Shown piece by piece: positions 1 to 14,880 of a stretch of 64,000 bases of DNA (positions within the stretch are counted from its first letter, which is position 1; each line of letters begins with the position of its first letter). Under the pieces are notes generated by a model. It did not search any database. It had not been told where the DNA came from and saw only the letters and a program-made list of their open reading frames with translations. The DNA is from Eledone cirrhosa. Lineage: Eukaryota. The position numbers and the translations under genes were made by a program. The stretch covers positions 373,426,001 through 373,490,000 of the forward strand of contig OZ024743.1 of the NCBI GenBank assembly GCA_964016885.1, read 5' to 3'.

Positions 1-169
1 TTGGTCTATCTCATTCACATTACATGTCCATACCTTTGATCTATCTCTTTCACATTAGATGTCCATACCTTTGGTCTATCTCTTTCACATTACATGCCCA
101 TACCTTTGGTCTATCTCTTTCACAACATTACATGCCCATACCTTTGGTCTATCTCTTTCACAACATTAC

Positions 170-1358
170 ATGTCCATACCTTTGGTCTATCTCTTTCACA
201 TTAGAGGTCCATACCTATGGTCTACCTCTTTCACAACATTACATGTCCATACCTTTGGTCATCTCTTTCACATTACATGTCCGTAACTTTGGTCTATCTC
301 TTTCACATTACATGTCCATACCTTTGGTCTATCTCTTTCACATTACATGTACATACCTTTGGTTTATCTCTTCCACATTACATGTCCATACCTTTGGTCT
401 ATCTCTTCCACATTACATGTCCATACCTTTGGTCTATCTCTTCCACATTACATGTCCATACCTTTGGTCTATCTCTTTCACATTACATGTCCATATCTTT
501 GGTCTATCTTTTTCACATTAGATGTCCATACCTTTGGTCTATCTCTTTCACATTAGATGTCCATACCTTTGGTCTATCTCTTTCACAACATTACATGCCC
601 ATACCTTTGGTCTATCTCTTTCACATTACATGTCCATACCTTTGGTCTATCTCTTTCACATTACACGTCCATACCTTTGGTCTATCTCTTTCACATTAGA
701 TGTCCATACCTTTAGTCTATCTCTTTCACATTACACGTCCATACCTTTGGTCTATCTCTTTCACATTACACGTCCATACCTTTGGTCTATCTCTTTCACA
801 TTAGATGTCCATACCTTTGGTCTATCTCTTTCACAACATTACATGCCCATACCTTTGGTCTATCTCTTTCACACTACATGTCCATACCTTTGGACTATCT
901 CTTTCACATTAGAGGTCCATACCTATGGTCTACCTCTTTCACAACATTACATGTCCATACCTTTGGTCATCTCTTTCACATTACATGTCCGTAACTTTGG
1001 TCTATCTCTTTCACATTACATGTCCATACCTTTGGTCTATCTCTTTCACATTACATGTACATACCTTTGGTTTATCTCTTCCACATTACATGTCCATACC
1101 TTTGGTCTATCTCTTCCACATAACATGTCCATACCTTTGGTCTATCTCTTCCACATTACATGTCCATACCTTTGGTCTATCTCTTTCACATTACATGTCC
1201 ATATCTTTGGTCTATCTTTTTCACATTAGATGTCCATACCTTTGGTCTATCTCTTTCACATTAGATGTCCATACCTTTTGTCTATCTCTTTCACAACATT
1301 ACATGCCCATACCTTTGGTCTATCTCTTTCACATTACATGTCCATACCTTTGGTCTAT
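170..1358. repeat. Local duplication, offset 708 bp (approx. 170-650 repeated at 878-1358)
   Basis: The rare-variant string ttagaggtccatacctatggtctacctc…ggtcatctc…ccgtaacttt…gtacatacc…ccatatctttggtctatcttttt starts at 201 and again at 909. ORF starts 217 and 925 differ by 708. Edges are approximate. Confidence 0.85.
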
Positions 1359-4300
1359 CTCTTTCATATCACATGCCCATCCCTTTTGTCTATCTTTCAC
1401 ATTAGATGCCCATACCTTTGGTCTATCTCTTTCACATTACATGTCCATACCTTTGGTCTATCTCTTTCACATTACATGTCCATACCTTTGGTCTATCTCT
1501 TTCACATTATATGTCCATACCTTTGGTCTATCTCTTTCACATTACATGACCATACCTTTGGTCTATCTCTTTCACATTATATGTCCATACCTTTGGTCTA
1601 TCTCTTTCACATTACATGACCATACCTTTGGTCTATCTCTTTCACATTACATGCCCATACCTTTGGTCTATCTCTTTCACAACATTACATGCCCATACCT
1701 TTGGTCTATCTCTTTCACAACATTACATGTCGATACCTTTGGTCTATCTCTTTCACAAAATTACATGTCCATACCTTTGGTCTATCTCTTTCACAACATT
1801 ACATGTCCATACCTTTGGTCTATCTCTTTCACATTACATGTCCATACCTTTGGTCTATCTCTTTCACATTAGATGTCCATACCTTTGGTCTATCTCTTCA
1901 AGATTACATGTCCATACCTTTGGTCTATCTCTTTCACAACATTACATGTCCATACCTTTGGTCTATCTCTTTCACATTACATGTCCATACCTTTGGTCTA
2001 TCTCTTTCACATTACATGTCCATACCTTTGGTCTATCTCTTTCACATTAGATGTCCATACCTTTGGTCTATCTCTTTCACAACATTACATGACCATACCT
2101 TTGGTCTATCTCTTTCACAAAATTACATGTCCATACCTTTGGTCTATCTCTTTCACAACATTACATGTCCATACCTTTGGTCTATCTCTTTCACATTACA
2201 TGTCCATACCTTTGGTCTATCTCTTTCACATTATATGTCCATACCTTTGGTCTATCTCTTTCACATTACATGTCCATACCTTTGGTCTATCTCTTTCACA
2301 TTATATGTCCATACCTTTGGTCTATCTCTTTCACATTACATGCCCATACCTTTGGTCTATCTCTTTCACAACATTACATGCCCATACCTTTGGTCTATCT
2401 CTTTCACAACATTACATGCCCATACCTTTGGTCTATCTCTTTCACAAAATTACATGCCCATACCTTTGGTCTATCTCTTTCACAACATTACATGCCCATA
2501 CCTTTGGTCTATCTCTTTCACAACATTGCATGCCCATACCTTTGGTCTATCTCTTTCACAACATTACATGTCCATACCTTTGGTCTATCTCTTTCACATT
2601 ACATGTCCATACCTTTGGTCTATCTCTTTCACATTACATGTCCATACCTTTGGTCTATCTCTTTCACATTACATGTCCATACCTTTGGTCTATCTCTTTC
2701 ACATTACATGTCCATACCTTTGGTCTATCTCTTTCACATTACATGTCCATACCTTTGGTCTATCTCTTCAAGATTACATGTCCATACCTTTGGTCTATCT
2801 CTTTCACATTACATGTCCATACCTTTGGTCTATCTCTTTCACATTAGATGTCCATACCTTTGGTCTATCTCTTTCACATTAGATGTCCATACCTTTGGTC
2901 TATCTCTTTCACAACATTACATGCCCATACCTTTGGTCTATCTCTTCCACATTACATGTCCATACCTTTGGTCTATCTCTTTCACATTACATGTCCATAC
3001 CTTTGGTCTATCTCTTTCACATTAGATGTCCATACATTTGGTCTATCTCTTTCACATTATATGTCCATACCTTTGGTCTATCTCTTTCACATTACATGCC
3101 CATACCTTTGGTCTATCTCTTTCACAACATTACATGCCCATACCTTTGGTCCATTTCTTTCACAACATTACATGTCCATACCTTTGGTCTATCTCTTTCA
3201 CAACATTACATGTCCATACCTTTGGTCTATCTCTTTCACATTACATGTCCATACCTTTGGTCTATCTCTTTCACATTACATGTCCATACCTTTGGTCTAT
3301 CTCTTTCACATTACATGTCCATACCTTTGGTCTATCTCTTTCACATTACATGTCCATACCTTTGGTCTATCTCTTCAAGATTACATGTCCATACCTTTGG
3401 TCTATCTCTTCCACATTACATGTCCATACCTTTGGTCTATCTCTTTCACATTACATGTCCATACCTTTGGTCTATCTCTTTCACATTAGATGTCCATACC
3501 TTTGGTCTATCTCTTTCACATTAGATGTCCATACCTTTGGTCTATCTCTTTCACATTAGATGTCCATACCTTTCGTCTATCTCTTTCACATTAGATGTCC
3601 ATACCTTTCGTCTATCTCTTTCACAACATTAGATGTCCATACCTTTGGTCTATCTCTTTCACATTAGATGTCCATACCTTTGGTCTATCTCTTTCACATT
3701 AGATGTCCATACCTTTGGTCTATCTCTTTCACATTACATGTCCATACCTTTGGTCTATCTCTTTCACATTAATGTCCATACCTTTGGTCTATCTCTTTCA
3801 CATTAGATGTCCATACCTTTGGTCTATCTCTTTCACAACATTACATGCCAATACCTTTGGTCTATCTCTTCCACATTACATGTCCATACCTTTGGTCTAT
3901 CTCTTTCACATTACATGTCCATACCTTTGGTCTATCTCTTTCACATTAGATGTCCATACCTTTGGTCTATCTCTTTCACAACATTACATGCCCATACCTT
4001 TGGTCTATCTCTTTCACATTACATGTCCATACCTTTGGTCTATCTCTTTCACATTAGATGTCCATACCTTTGGTCTATCTCTTTCACAACATTACATGCC
4101 CATACCTTTGGTCTATCTCTTTCACATTACATGTCCATACCTTTGGTCTATCTCTTTCACATTAGATGTCCATACCTTTGGTCTATCTCTTCCACATTAC
4201 ATGCCCATACCTTTGGTCTATCTCTTTCACATTACATGTCCATACCTTTGGTCTATCTCTTTCACAGTAGATGTCCATACCTTTGGTCTATCTCTTTCAC

Positions 4301-5986
4301 ATTAGATGTCCATACCTTTGGTCTATCTCTTTCACATTAGATCTCCATACCTTTCGTCTATCTGTTTCACAACATTAGATGTCCATACCTTTGGTCTATC
4401 TCTTTCACATTACATGTCCATACCTTTGGTCTATCTCTTTCACATTACATATCCATACCTTTGGTCTCTCTCTTTCACATTAGATGTCCATACCTTTGGT
4501 CTATCTCTTTCACATTAGATGTCCATACCTTTGGTCTATCTCTTTCACAACATTACATGCCCATATCTTTGGTCTATCTCTTCCACATTACATGTCCATA
4601 CCTTTGGTCTATCTCTTTCACATTACATGTCCATACCTTTGGTCTATCTCTTTCACATTAGATGTCCATACCTATGGTCTATCTCTTTCACAACATTACA
4701 TGTCCATACCTTTGGTCTATCTCTTTCACATTACATGCCCATACCTTTGGTCTATCTCTTTCACATTACATGTCCATACCTTTGGTTTATCTCTTTCACA
4801 TTACATGCCCATACCTTTGGTCTATCTCTTTCACATTAGATGTCCATACCTTTGGTCTATCTCTTTCACAACATTACATGTCCATACCTTTGGTCTATCT
4901 CTTTCACATTACATGCCCATACATTTGGTCTATCCCTTTCACATTACATGTCCATACCTTTGGTCTATCTCTTTCACATTAAATGTCCATACCTTTGGTC
5001 TATCTCTTTCACAACATTACATGCCCATACCTTTGGTCTATCTCTTTCACATTACATGTCCATACCTTTGGTCTATCTCTTCCACATTACATGTCCATAC
5101 CTTTGGTCTATCTCTTTCACATTAAATGTCCATACCTTTGGTCTATCTCTTTCACAACATTACATGTCCATACCTTTGGCCTATCTCTTTCACATTACAT
5201 GTCCATACCTTTGGTCTATCTCTTTCACATTACATACCCATACCTTTGGTCTATCTCTTTCACAACATTACATGCCCATAGCTTTGGTCTATCTCTTTCG
5301 CAACACTACATGTCCATACCTTTGGTCTATCTCTTTCACATTACATGTCCATACCTTTGGTCTATCTCTTTCACATTACATGTCCATACCTTTGGTCTAT
5401 CTCTTTCACATTACATGTCCATACCTTTGGTCTATCTCTTTCACGTTACATGTCCATACCTTTGGTCTATCTCTTTCACATTACATGCCCATACCTTTGG
5501 TCTATCTCTTTCACATTAGATGTCCATACCTTCGGTCTATCTTTCACATTAGATGTCCATACCTTTGGCCTATCTCTTTCACATTACATGTCCATACCTT
5601 TGGTCTATCTCTTTCACATTACATACCCATACCTTTGGTCTATCTCTTTCACAACATTACATGCCCATACCTTTGATCTATCTCTTTCACAACATTACAT
5701 GCCCATACCTTTGGTCTATCTCTTTCACAACATTACATTCCCATACCTTTGGTCTATCTCTTTCACATGAGATGTCCATACCTTTAGTGTATCTGTTTCA
5801 CAACATTACATGCCCATACCTTTGGTCTATCTCTTTCACATTACATGTCCATACCTTTGGTCTATCTCTTTCACATTAGAGGTCCATACCTTTGGTCTAT
5901 CTCTTTCACTTAAATGTCGATACCTTTGGTCTATCTCTTTCACAACATTACATGCCCATACCTTTGGTCTATCTCTTTCACATTAG

Positions 5987-8900
5987 ATGTCCATACCTTT
6001 GGTCTATCTCTTTCACTTAAATGTCGATACCTTTGGTCTATCTCTTTCACAACATTACATGCCCATACCTTTGGTCTATCTCTTTCACATTAGATGTCCA
6101 TACCATTGGTCTATCTCTTTCACAACATTACATGCCCATACCTTTGGTCTATCTCTTTCACAACATTACATGTCCATACCTTTGGTCTAGCTCTTTCACA
6201 TTAGATGTCCATACCTTTGGTCTATCTCTTTCACATTAGATGTCCATACCTTTGGTCTATCTCTTTCACATTAGATGCCCATACCTTTGGTCTATCTCTT
6301 TCACGTTAGATGTCGATACCTTTGGTCTATCTCTTTCACAACATTACATGCCCATACCTTTGGTCTATCTCTTTCACATTAGATGTCCATACCATTGGTC
6401 TATCTCTTTCACAACATTACATGCCCATACCTTTGGTCTATCTCTTTCACAACATTACATGCCCATACCTTTGGTCTATCTCTTTCACATTAGATGTCCA
6501 TACCATTGGTCTATCTCTTTCACAACATTACATGCCCATACCTTTGGTCTATCTCTTTCACAACATTACATGCCCATACCTTTGGTCTATCTCTTTCACA
6601 TTACATGTCCATACCTTTGGTCTATCTTTCACATTAGATGTCCATACCTTTGGTCTATCTCTTTCACAACATTACATGCCCATAGCTTTGGTCTATCTCT
6701 TTCGCAACACTACATGTCCATACCTTTGGTCTATCTCTTTCACATTACATGTCCATACCTTTGGTCTATCTCTTTCACATTACATGTCCATACCTTTGGT
6801 CTATCTCTTTCACATTACATGTCCATACCTTTGGTCTATCTCTTTCACATTACATGTCCATACCTTTGGTCTATCTCTTCCACATTACATGTCCATACCT
6901 TTGGTCTATCTCTTCCACATTACATGTCCATACCTTTGGTCTATCTCTTTCACATTACATGTCCATACCTTTGGTCTCTCTCTTCCACATTACATGTCCA
7001 TACCTTTGGTCTATCTCTTTCACATTACATGTCCATACCTTTGGTCTATCTCTTTCACATTACATGCCCATACCTTTGGTCTATCTCTTTCACATTAGAT
7101 GTCCATACCTTCGGTCTATCTTTCACATTAGATGTCCATACCTTTGGCCTATCTCTTTCACATTACATGTCCATACCTTTGGTCTATCTCTTTCACATTA
7201 CATTCCCATACCTTTGGTCTATCTCTTTCACAACATTACATGACCATACCTTTGGTCTATCTCTTTCACAACATTACATGCCCATAACTTTGGTCTATCT
7301 CTTTCACAACATTACATTCCCATACCTTTGGTCTATCTCTTTCACATTAGATGTCCATACCTTTCGTCTATCTGTTTCACAACATTAGATGTCCATACCT
7401 TTGGTCTATCTCTTTCACATTAGATGTCCATACCTTTGGTCTATCTCTTTCACATTACATGTCCATACCTTTGGTCTATCTCTTTCACATTAGATGTCCA
7501 TACCTTTGGTCTATCTCTTTCACATTAGATGTTCATACCTTTGGTCTATCTCTTTCACAACATTACATGCCCATATCTTTGGTCTATCTCTTCCACATTA
7601 CATGTCCATACCTTTGGTCTATCTCTTTCACATTACATGTCCATACCTTTGGTCTATCTCTTTCACATTAGATGTCCATACCTATGGTCTATCTCTTTCA
7701 CAACATTACATGTCCATACCTTTGGTCTATCTCTTTCACATTACATGCCCATACCTTTGGTCTATCTCTTTCACATTACATGTCCATACCTTTGGTTTAT
7801 CTCTTTCACATTACATGCCCATACCTTTGGTCTATCTCTTTCACATTAGATGTCCATACCTTCGGTCTATCTTTCACATTAGATGTCCATACCTTTGGTC
7901 TATCTCTTTCACATTACATGTCCATACCTTTGGTCTAACTCTTTCACATTACATGTCCATACCTTTGGTCTATCTCTTTCACATTAGATGTCCATACCTT
8001 CGGTCTATCTTTCACATTAGATGTCCATACCTTTGGCCTATCTCTTTCACATTACATGTCCATACCTTTGGTCTATCTCTTTCACATTACATACCCATAC
8101 CTTTGGTCTATCTCTTTCACAACATTACATGCCCATAGCTTTGGTCTATCTCTTTCGCAACACTACATGTCCATACCTTTGGTGTATCTCTTTCACATTA
8201 CATGTCCATACCTTTGGTCTATCTCTTCCACATTACATGTCCATACCTTTGGTCTATCTCTTTCACATTACATGTCCATACCTTTGGTCTATCTCTTTCA
8301 CATTAGATGTCCATACCTATGGTCTATCTCTTTCACAACATTACATGTCCATACCTTTGGTCTATCTCTTTCACATTACATGCCCATACCTTTGGTCTAT
8401 CTCTTTCACATTACATGTCCATACCTTTGGTTTATCTCTTTCACATTACATGCCCATACCTTTGGTCTATCTCTTTCACATTAGATGTCCATACCTTTGG
8501 TCTATCTCTTTCACAACATTACATGTCCATACCTTTGGTCTATCTCTTTCACATTACATGCCCATACATTTGGTCTATCCCTTTCACATTACATGTCCAT
8601 ACCTTTGGTCTATCTCTTTCACATTAAATGTCCATACCTTTGGTCTATCTCTTTCACAACATTACATGCCCATACCTTTGGTCTATCTCTTTCACATTAC
8701 ATGTCCATACCTTTGGTCTATCTCTTCCACATTACATGTCCATACCTTTGGTCTATCTCTTTCACATTAAATGTCCATACCTTTGTTCTATCTCTTTCAC
8801 AACATTACATGTCCATACCTTTGGCCTATCTCTTTCACATTACATGTCCATACCTTTGGTCTATCTCTTTCACATTACATACCCATACCTTTGGTCTATC

Positions 8901-11900
8901 TCTTTCACAACATTACATGCCCATAGCTTTGGTCTATCTCTTTCGCAACACTACATGTCCATACCTTTGGTCTATCTCTTTCACATTACATGTCCATACC
9001 TTTGGTCTATCTCTTTCACATTACATGTCCATACCTTTGGTCTATCTCTTTCACATTACATGTCCATACCTTTGGTCTATCTCTTTCACGTTACATGTCC
9101 ATACCGTTGGTCTATCTCTTTCACATTACATGCCCATACCTTTGGTCTATCTCTTTCACATTAGATGTCCATACCTTCGGTCTATCTTTCACATTAGATG
9201 TCCATACCTTTGGCCTATCTCTTTCACATTACATGTCCATACCTTTGGTCTATCTCTTTCACATTACATACCCATACCTTTGGTCTATCTCTTTCACAAC
9301 ATTACATGCCCATAGCTTTGGTCTATCTCTTTCGCAACACTACATGTCCATACCTTTGGTCTATCTCTTTCACATTACATACCCATACCTTTGGTCTATC
9401 TCTTTCACAACATTACATGCCCATACCTTTGATCTATCTCTTTCACAACATTACATGCCCATACCTTTGGTCTATCTCTTTCACAACATTACATTCCCAT
9501 ACCTTTGGTCTATCTCTTTCACATTAGATGTCCATACCTTTGGTCTATCTTTCACATTAGATGTCCATACCTTTGGTCTATCTCTTTCACATTACATGTC
9601 CATACCTTTGGTCTATCTCTTTCACATTACATGCCCATACATTTGGTCTATCTCTTTCACATTACATGTCCATACCTTTGGTCTATCTCTTTCGCATTAA
9701 ATGTCCACACCTTTCGTCTATCTCTTTCACAACATTACATGCCCATACCTTTGGTCTATCTCTTTCACATTCCATGTCCATACCTTTGGTCTATCTCTTC
9801 CACATTACATGTCCATACCTTTGGTCTATCTCTTCCACATTACATGTTCATACCTTTGGTCTATCTCTTTCGCATTAAATGTCCATACCTTTCGTCTATC
9901 TCTTTCACAACATTACATTCCCATACCTTTGGTCTATCTCTTTCACAACATTACATGCCCATACCTTTGGTCTATCTCTTTCACAACATTACATGCCCAT
10001 TCCTTTGGTCTATCTCTTTCACATTAGATGTCCATACCATTGGTCTATCTCTTTCACAACATTACATGCCCATAGCTTTGGTCTATCTCTTTCGCAACAC
10101 TACATGTCCATACCTTTGGTCTATCTCTTTCACATTACATGTCCATACCTTTGGTCTATCTCTTTCACATTACATGTCCATACTTTTGGTCTATCTCTTT
10201 CACATTACATGTCCATACCTTTGGTCTATCTCTTTCACATTACATGTCCATACCTTTGGTCTATCTCTTCCACATTACATGTCCATACCTTTGGTCTATC
10301 TCTTCCACATTACATGTCCATACCTTTGGTCTATCTCTTTCACATTACATGTCCATACCTTTGGTCTCTCTCTTCCACATTACATGTCCATACCTTTGGT
10401 CTCTCTCTTTCACATTACATGTCCATACCTTTGGTCTATCTCTTTCACTTAAATGTCGATACCTTTGGTCTATCTCTTTCACAACATTACATGCCCATAC
10501 CTTTGGTCTATCTCTTTCACATTAGATGTCCATACCATTGGTCTATCTCTTTCACAACATTACATGCCCATACCTTTGGTCTATCTCTTTCACAACATTA
10601 CATGTCCATACCTTTGGTCTAGCTCTTTCACATTAGATGTCCATACCTTTGGTCTATCTCTTTCACATTAGATGTCCATACCTTTGGTCTATCTCTTTCA
10701 CATTAGATGCCCATACCTTTGGTCTATCTCTTTCACGTTAGATGTCGATACCTTTGGTCTATCTCTTTCACAACATTACATGCCCATACCTTTGGTCTAT
10801 CTCTTTCACATTAGATGTCCATACCATTGGTCTATCTCTTTCACAACATTACATGCCCATACCTTTGGTCTATCTCTTTCACAACATTACATGCCCATAC
10901 CTTTGGTCTATCTCTTTCACATTAGATGTCCATACCATTGGTCTATCTCTTTCACAACATTACATGCCCATACCTTTGGTCTATCTCTTTCACAACATTA
11001 CATGCCCATACCTTTGGTCTATCTCTTTCACATTACATGTCCATACCTTTGGTCTATCTTTCACATTAGATGTCCATACCTTTGGTCTATCTCTTTCACA
11101 ACATTACATGCCCATAGCTTTGGTCTATCTCTTTCGCAACACTACATGTCCATACCTTTGGTCTATCTCTTTCACATTACATGTCCATACCTTTGGTCTA
11201 TCTCTTTCACATTACATGTCCATACCTTTGGTCTATCTCTTTCACATTACATGTCCATACCTTTGGTCTATCTCTTTCACATTACATGTCCATACCTTTG
11301 GTCTATCTCTTCCACATTACATGTCCATACCTTTGGTCTATCTCTTCCACATTACATGTCCATACCTTTGGTCTATCTCTTTCACATTACATGTCCATAC
11401 CTTTGGTCTCTCTCTTCCACATTACATGTCCATACCTTTGGTCTATCTCTTTCACATTACATGTCCATACCTTTGGTCTATCTCTTTCACATTACATGCC
11501 CATACCTTTGGTCTATCTCTTTCACATTAGATGTCCATACCTTCGGTCTATCTTTCACATTAGATGTCCATACCTTTGGCCTATCTCTTTCACATTACAT
11601 GTCCATACCTTTGGTCTATCTCTTTCACATTACATTCCCATACCTTTGGTCTATCTCTTTCACAACATTACATGACCATACCTTTGGTCTATCTCTTTCA
11701 CAACATTACATGCCCATAACTTTGGTCTATCTCTTTCACAACATTACATTCCCATACCTTTGGTCTATCTCTTTCACATTAGATGTCCATACCTTTCGTC
11801 TATCTGTTTCACAACATTAGATGTCCATACCTTTGGTCTATCTCTTTCACATTAGATGTCCATACCTTTGGTCTATCTCTTTCACATTACATGTCCATAC

Positions 11901-14880
11901 CTTTGGTCTATCTCTTTCACATTAGATGTCCATACCTTTGGTCTATCTCTTTCACATTAGATGTTCATACCTTTGGTCTATCTCTTTCACAACATTACAT
12001 GCCCATATCTTTGGTCTATCTCTTCCACATTACATGTCCATACCTTTGGTCTATCTCTTTCACATTACATGTCCATACCTTTGGTCTATCTCTTTCACAT
12101 TAGATGTCCATACCTATGGTCTATCTCTTTCACAACATTACATGTCCATACCTTTGGTCTATCTCTTTCACATTACATGCCCATACCTTTGGTCTATCTC
12201 TTTCACATTACATGTCCATACCTTTGGTTTATCTCTTTCACATTACATGCCCATACCTTTGGTCTATCTCTTTCACATTAGATGTCCATACCTTCGGTCT
12301 ATCTTTCACATTAGATGTCCATACCTTTGGTCTATCTCTTTCACATTACATGTCCATACCTTTGGTCTAACTCTTTCACATTACATGTCCATACCTTTGG
12401 TCTATCTCTTTCACATTAGATGTCCATACCTTCGGTCTATCTTTCACATTAGATGTCCATACCTTTGGCCTATCTCTTTCACATTACATGTCCATACCTT
12501 TGGTCTATCTCTTTCACATTACATACCCATACCTTTGGTCTATCTCTTTCACAACATTACATGCCCATAGCTTTGGTCTATCTCTTTCGCAACACTACAT
12601 GTCCATACCTTTGGTGTATCTCTTTCACATTACATGTCCATACCTTTGGTCTATCTCTTCCACATTACATGTCCATACCTTTGGTCTATCTCTTTCACAT
12701 TACATGTCCATACCTTTGGTCTATCTCTTTCACATTAGATGTCCATACCTATGGTCTATCTCTTTCACAACATTACATGTCCATACCTTTGGTCTATCTC
12801 TTTCACATTACATGCCCATACCTTTGGTCTATCTCTTTCACATTACATGTCCATACCTTTGGTTTATCTCTTTCACATTACATGCCCATACCTTTGGTCT
12901 ATCTCTTTCACATTAGATGTCCATACCTTTGGTCTATCTCTTTCACAACATTACATGTCCATACCTTTGGTCTATCTCTTTCACATTACATGCCCATACA
13001 TTTGGTCTATCCCTTTCACATTACATGTCCATACCTTTGGTCTATCTCTTTCACATTAAATGTCCATACCTTTGGTCTATCTCTTTCACAACATTACATG
13101 CCCATACCTTTGGTCTATCTCTTTCACATTACATGTCCATACCTTTGGTCTATCTCTTCCACATTACATGTCCATACCTTTGGTCTATCTCTTTCACATT
13201 AAATGTCCATACCTTTGTTCTATCTCTTTCACAACATTACATGTCCATACCTTTGGCCTATCTCTTTCACATTACATGTCCATACCTTTGGTCTATCTCT
13301 TTCACATTACATACCCATACCTTTGGTCTATCTCTTTCACAACATTACATGCCCATAGCTTTGGTCTATCTCTTTCGCAACACTACATGTCCATACCTTT
13401 GGTCTATCTCTTTCACATTACATGTCCATACCTTTGGTCTATCTCTTTCACATTACATGTCCATACCTTTGGTCTATCTCTTTCACATTACATGTCCATA
13501 CCTTTGGTCTATCTCTTTCACGTTACATGTCCATACCGTTGGTCTATCTCTTTCACATTACATGCCCATACCTTTGGTCTATCTCTTTCACATTAGATGT
13601 CCATACCTTCGGTCTATCTTTCACATTAGATGTCCATACCTTTGGCCTATCTCTTTCACATTACATGTCCATACCTTTGGTCTATCTCTTTCACATTACA
13701 TACCCATACCTTTGGTCTATCTCTTTCACAACATTACATGCCCATAGCTTTGGTCTATCTCTTTCGCAACACTACATGTCCATACCTTTGGTCTATCTCT
13801 TTCACATTACATACCCATACCTTTGGTCTATCTCTTTCACAACATTACATGCCCATACCTTTGATCTATCTCTTTCACAACATTACATGCCCATACCTTT
13901 GGTCTATCTCTTTCACAACATTACATTCCCATACCTTTGGTCTATCTCTTTCACATTAGATGTCCATACCTTTGGTCTATCTTTCACATTAGATGTCCAT
14001 ACCTTTGGTCTATCTCTTTCACATTACATGTCCATACCTTTGGTCTATCTCTTTCACATTACATGCCCATACATTTGGTCTATCTCTTTCACATTACATG
14101 TCCATACCTTTGGTCTATCTCTTTCGCATTAAATGTCCACACCTTTCGTCTATCTCTTTCACAACATTACATGCCCATACCTTTGGTCTATCTCTTTCAC
14201 ATTCCATGTCCATACCTTTGGTCTATCTCTTCCACATTACATGTCCATACCTTTGGTCTATCTCTTCCACATTACATGTTCATACCTTTGGTCTATCTCT
14301 TTCGCATTAAATGTCCATACCTTTCGTCTATCTCTTTCACAACATTACATTCCCATACCTTTGGTCTATCTCTTTCACAACATTACATGCCCATACCTTT
14401 GGTCTATCTCTTTCACAACATTACATGCCCATTCCTTTGGTCTATCTCTTTCACATTAGATGTCCATACCATTGGTCTATCTCTTTCACAACATTACATG
14501 CCCATAGCTTTGGTCTATCTCTTTCGCAACACTACATGTCCATACCTTTGGTCTATCTCTTTCACATTACATGTCCATACCTTTGGTCTATCTCTTTCAC
14601 ATTACATGTCCATACTTTTGGTCTATCTCTTTCACATTACATGTCCATACCTTTGGTCTATCTCTTTCACATTACATGTCCATACCTTTGGTCTATCTCT
14701 TCCACATTACATGTCCATACCTTTGGTCTATCTCTTCCACATTACATGTCCATACCTTTGGTCTATCTCTTTCACATTACATGTCCATACCTTTGGTCTC
14801 TCTCTTCCACATTACATGTCCATACCTTTGGTCTCTCTCTTTCACATTACATGTCCATACCTTTGGTCTATCTCTTTCAC
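5987..14880. repeat. Tandem duplication of a 4,432-bp block (5987-10448 = 10419-14880)
   Basis: ORF-track entries recur at a constant +4432 with matching translations (6021/10453, 6240/10672, 8485/12917, 9505/13937, 10139/14571). Flanking mismatches read by eye at 5986/10418 (g/c) and 10449/14881 (t/a). Confidence 0.93.
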
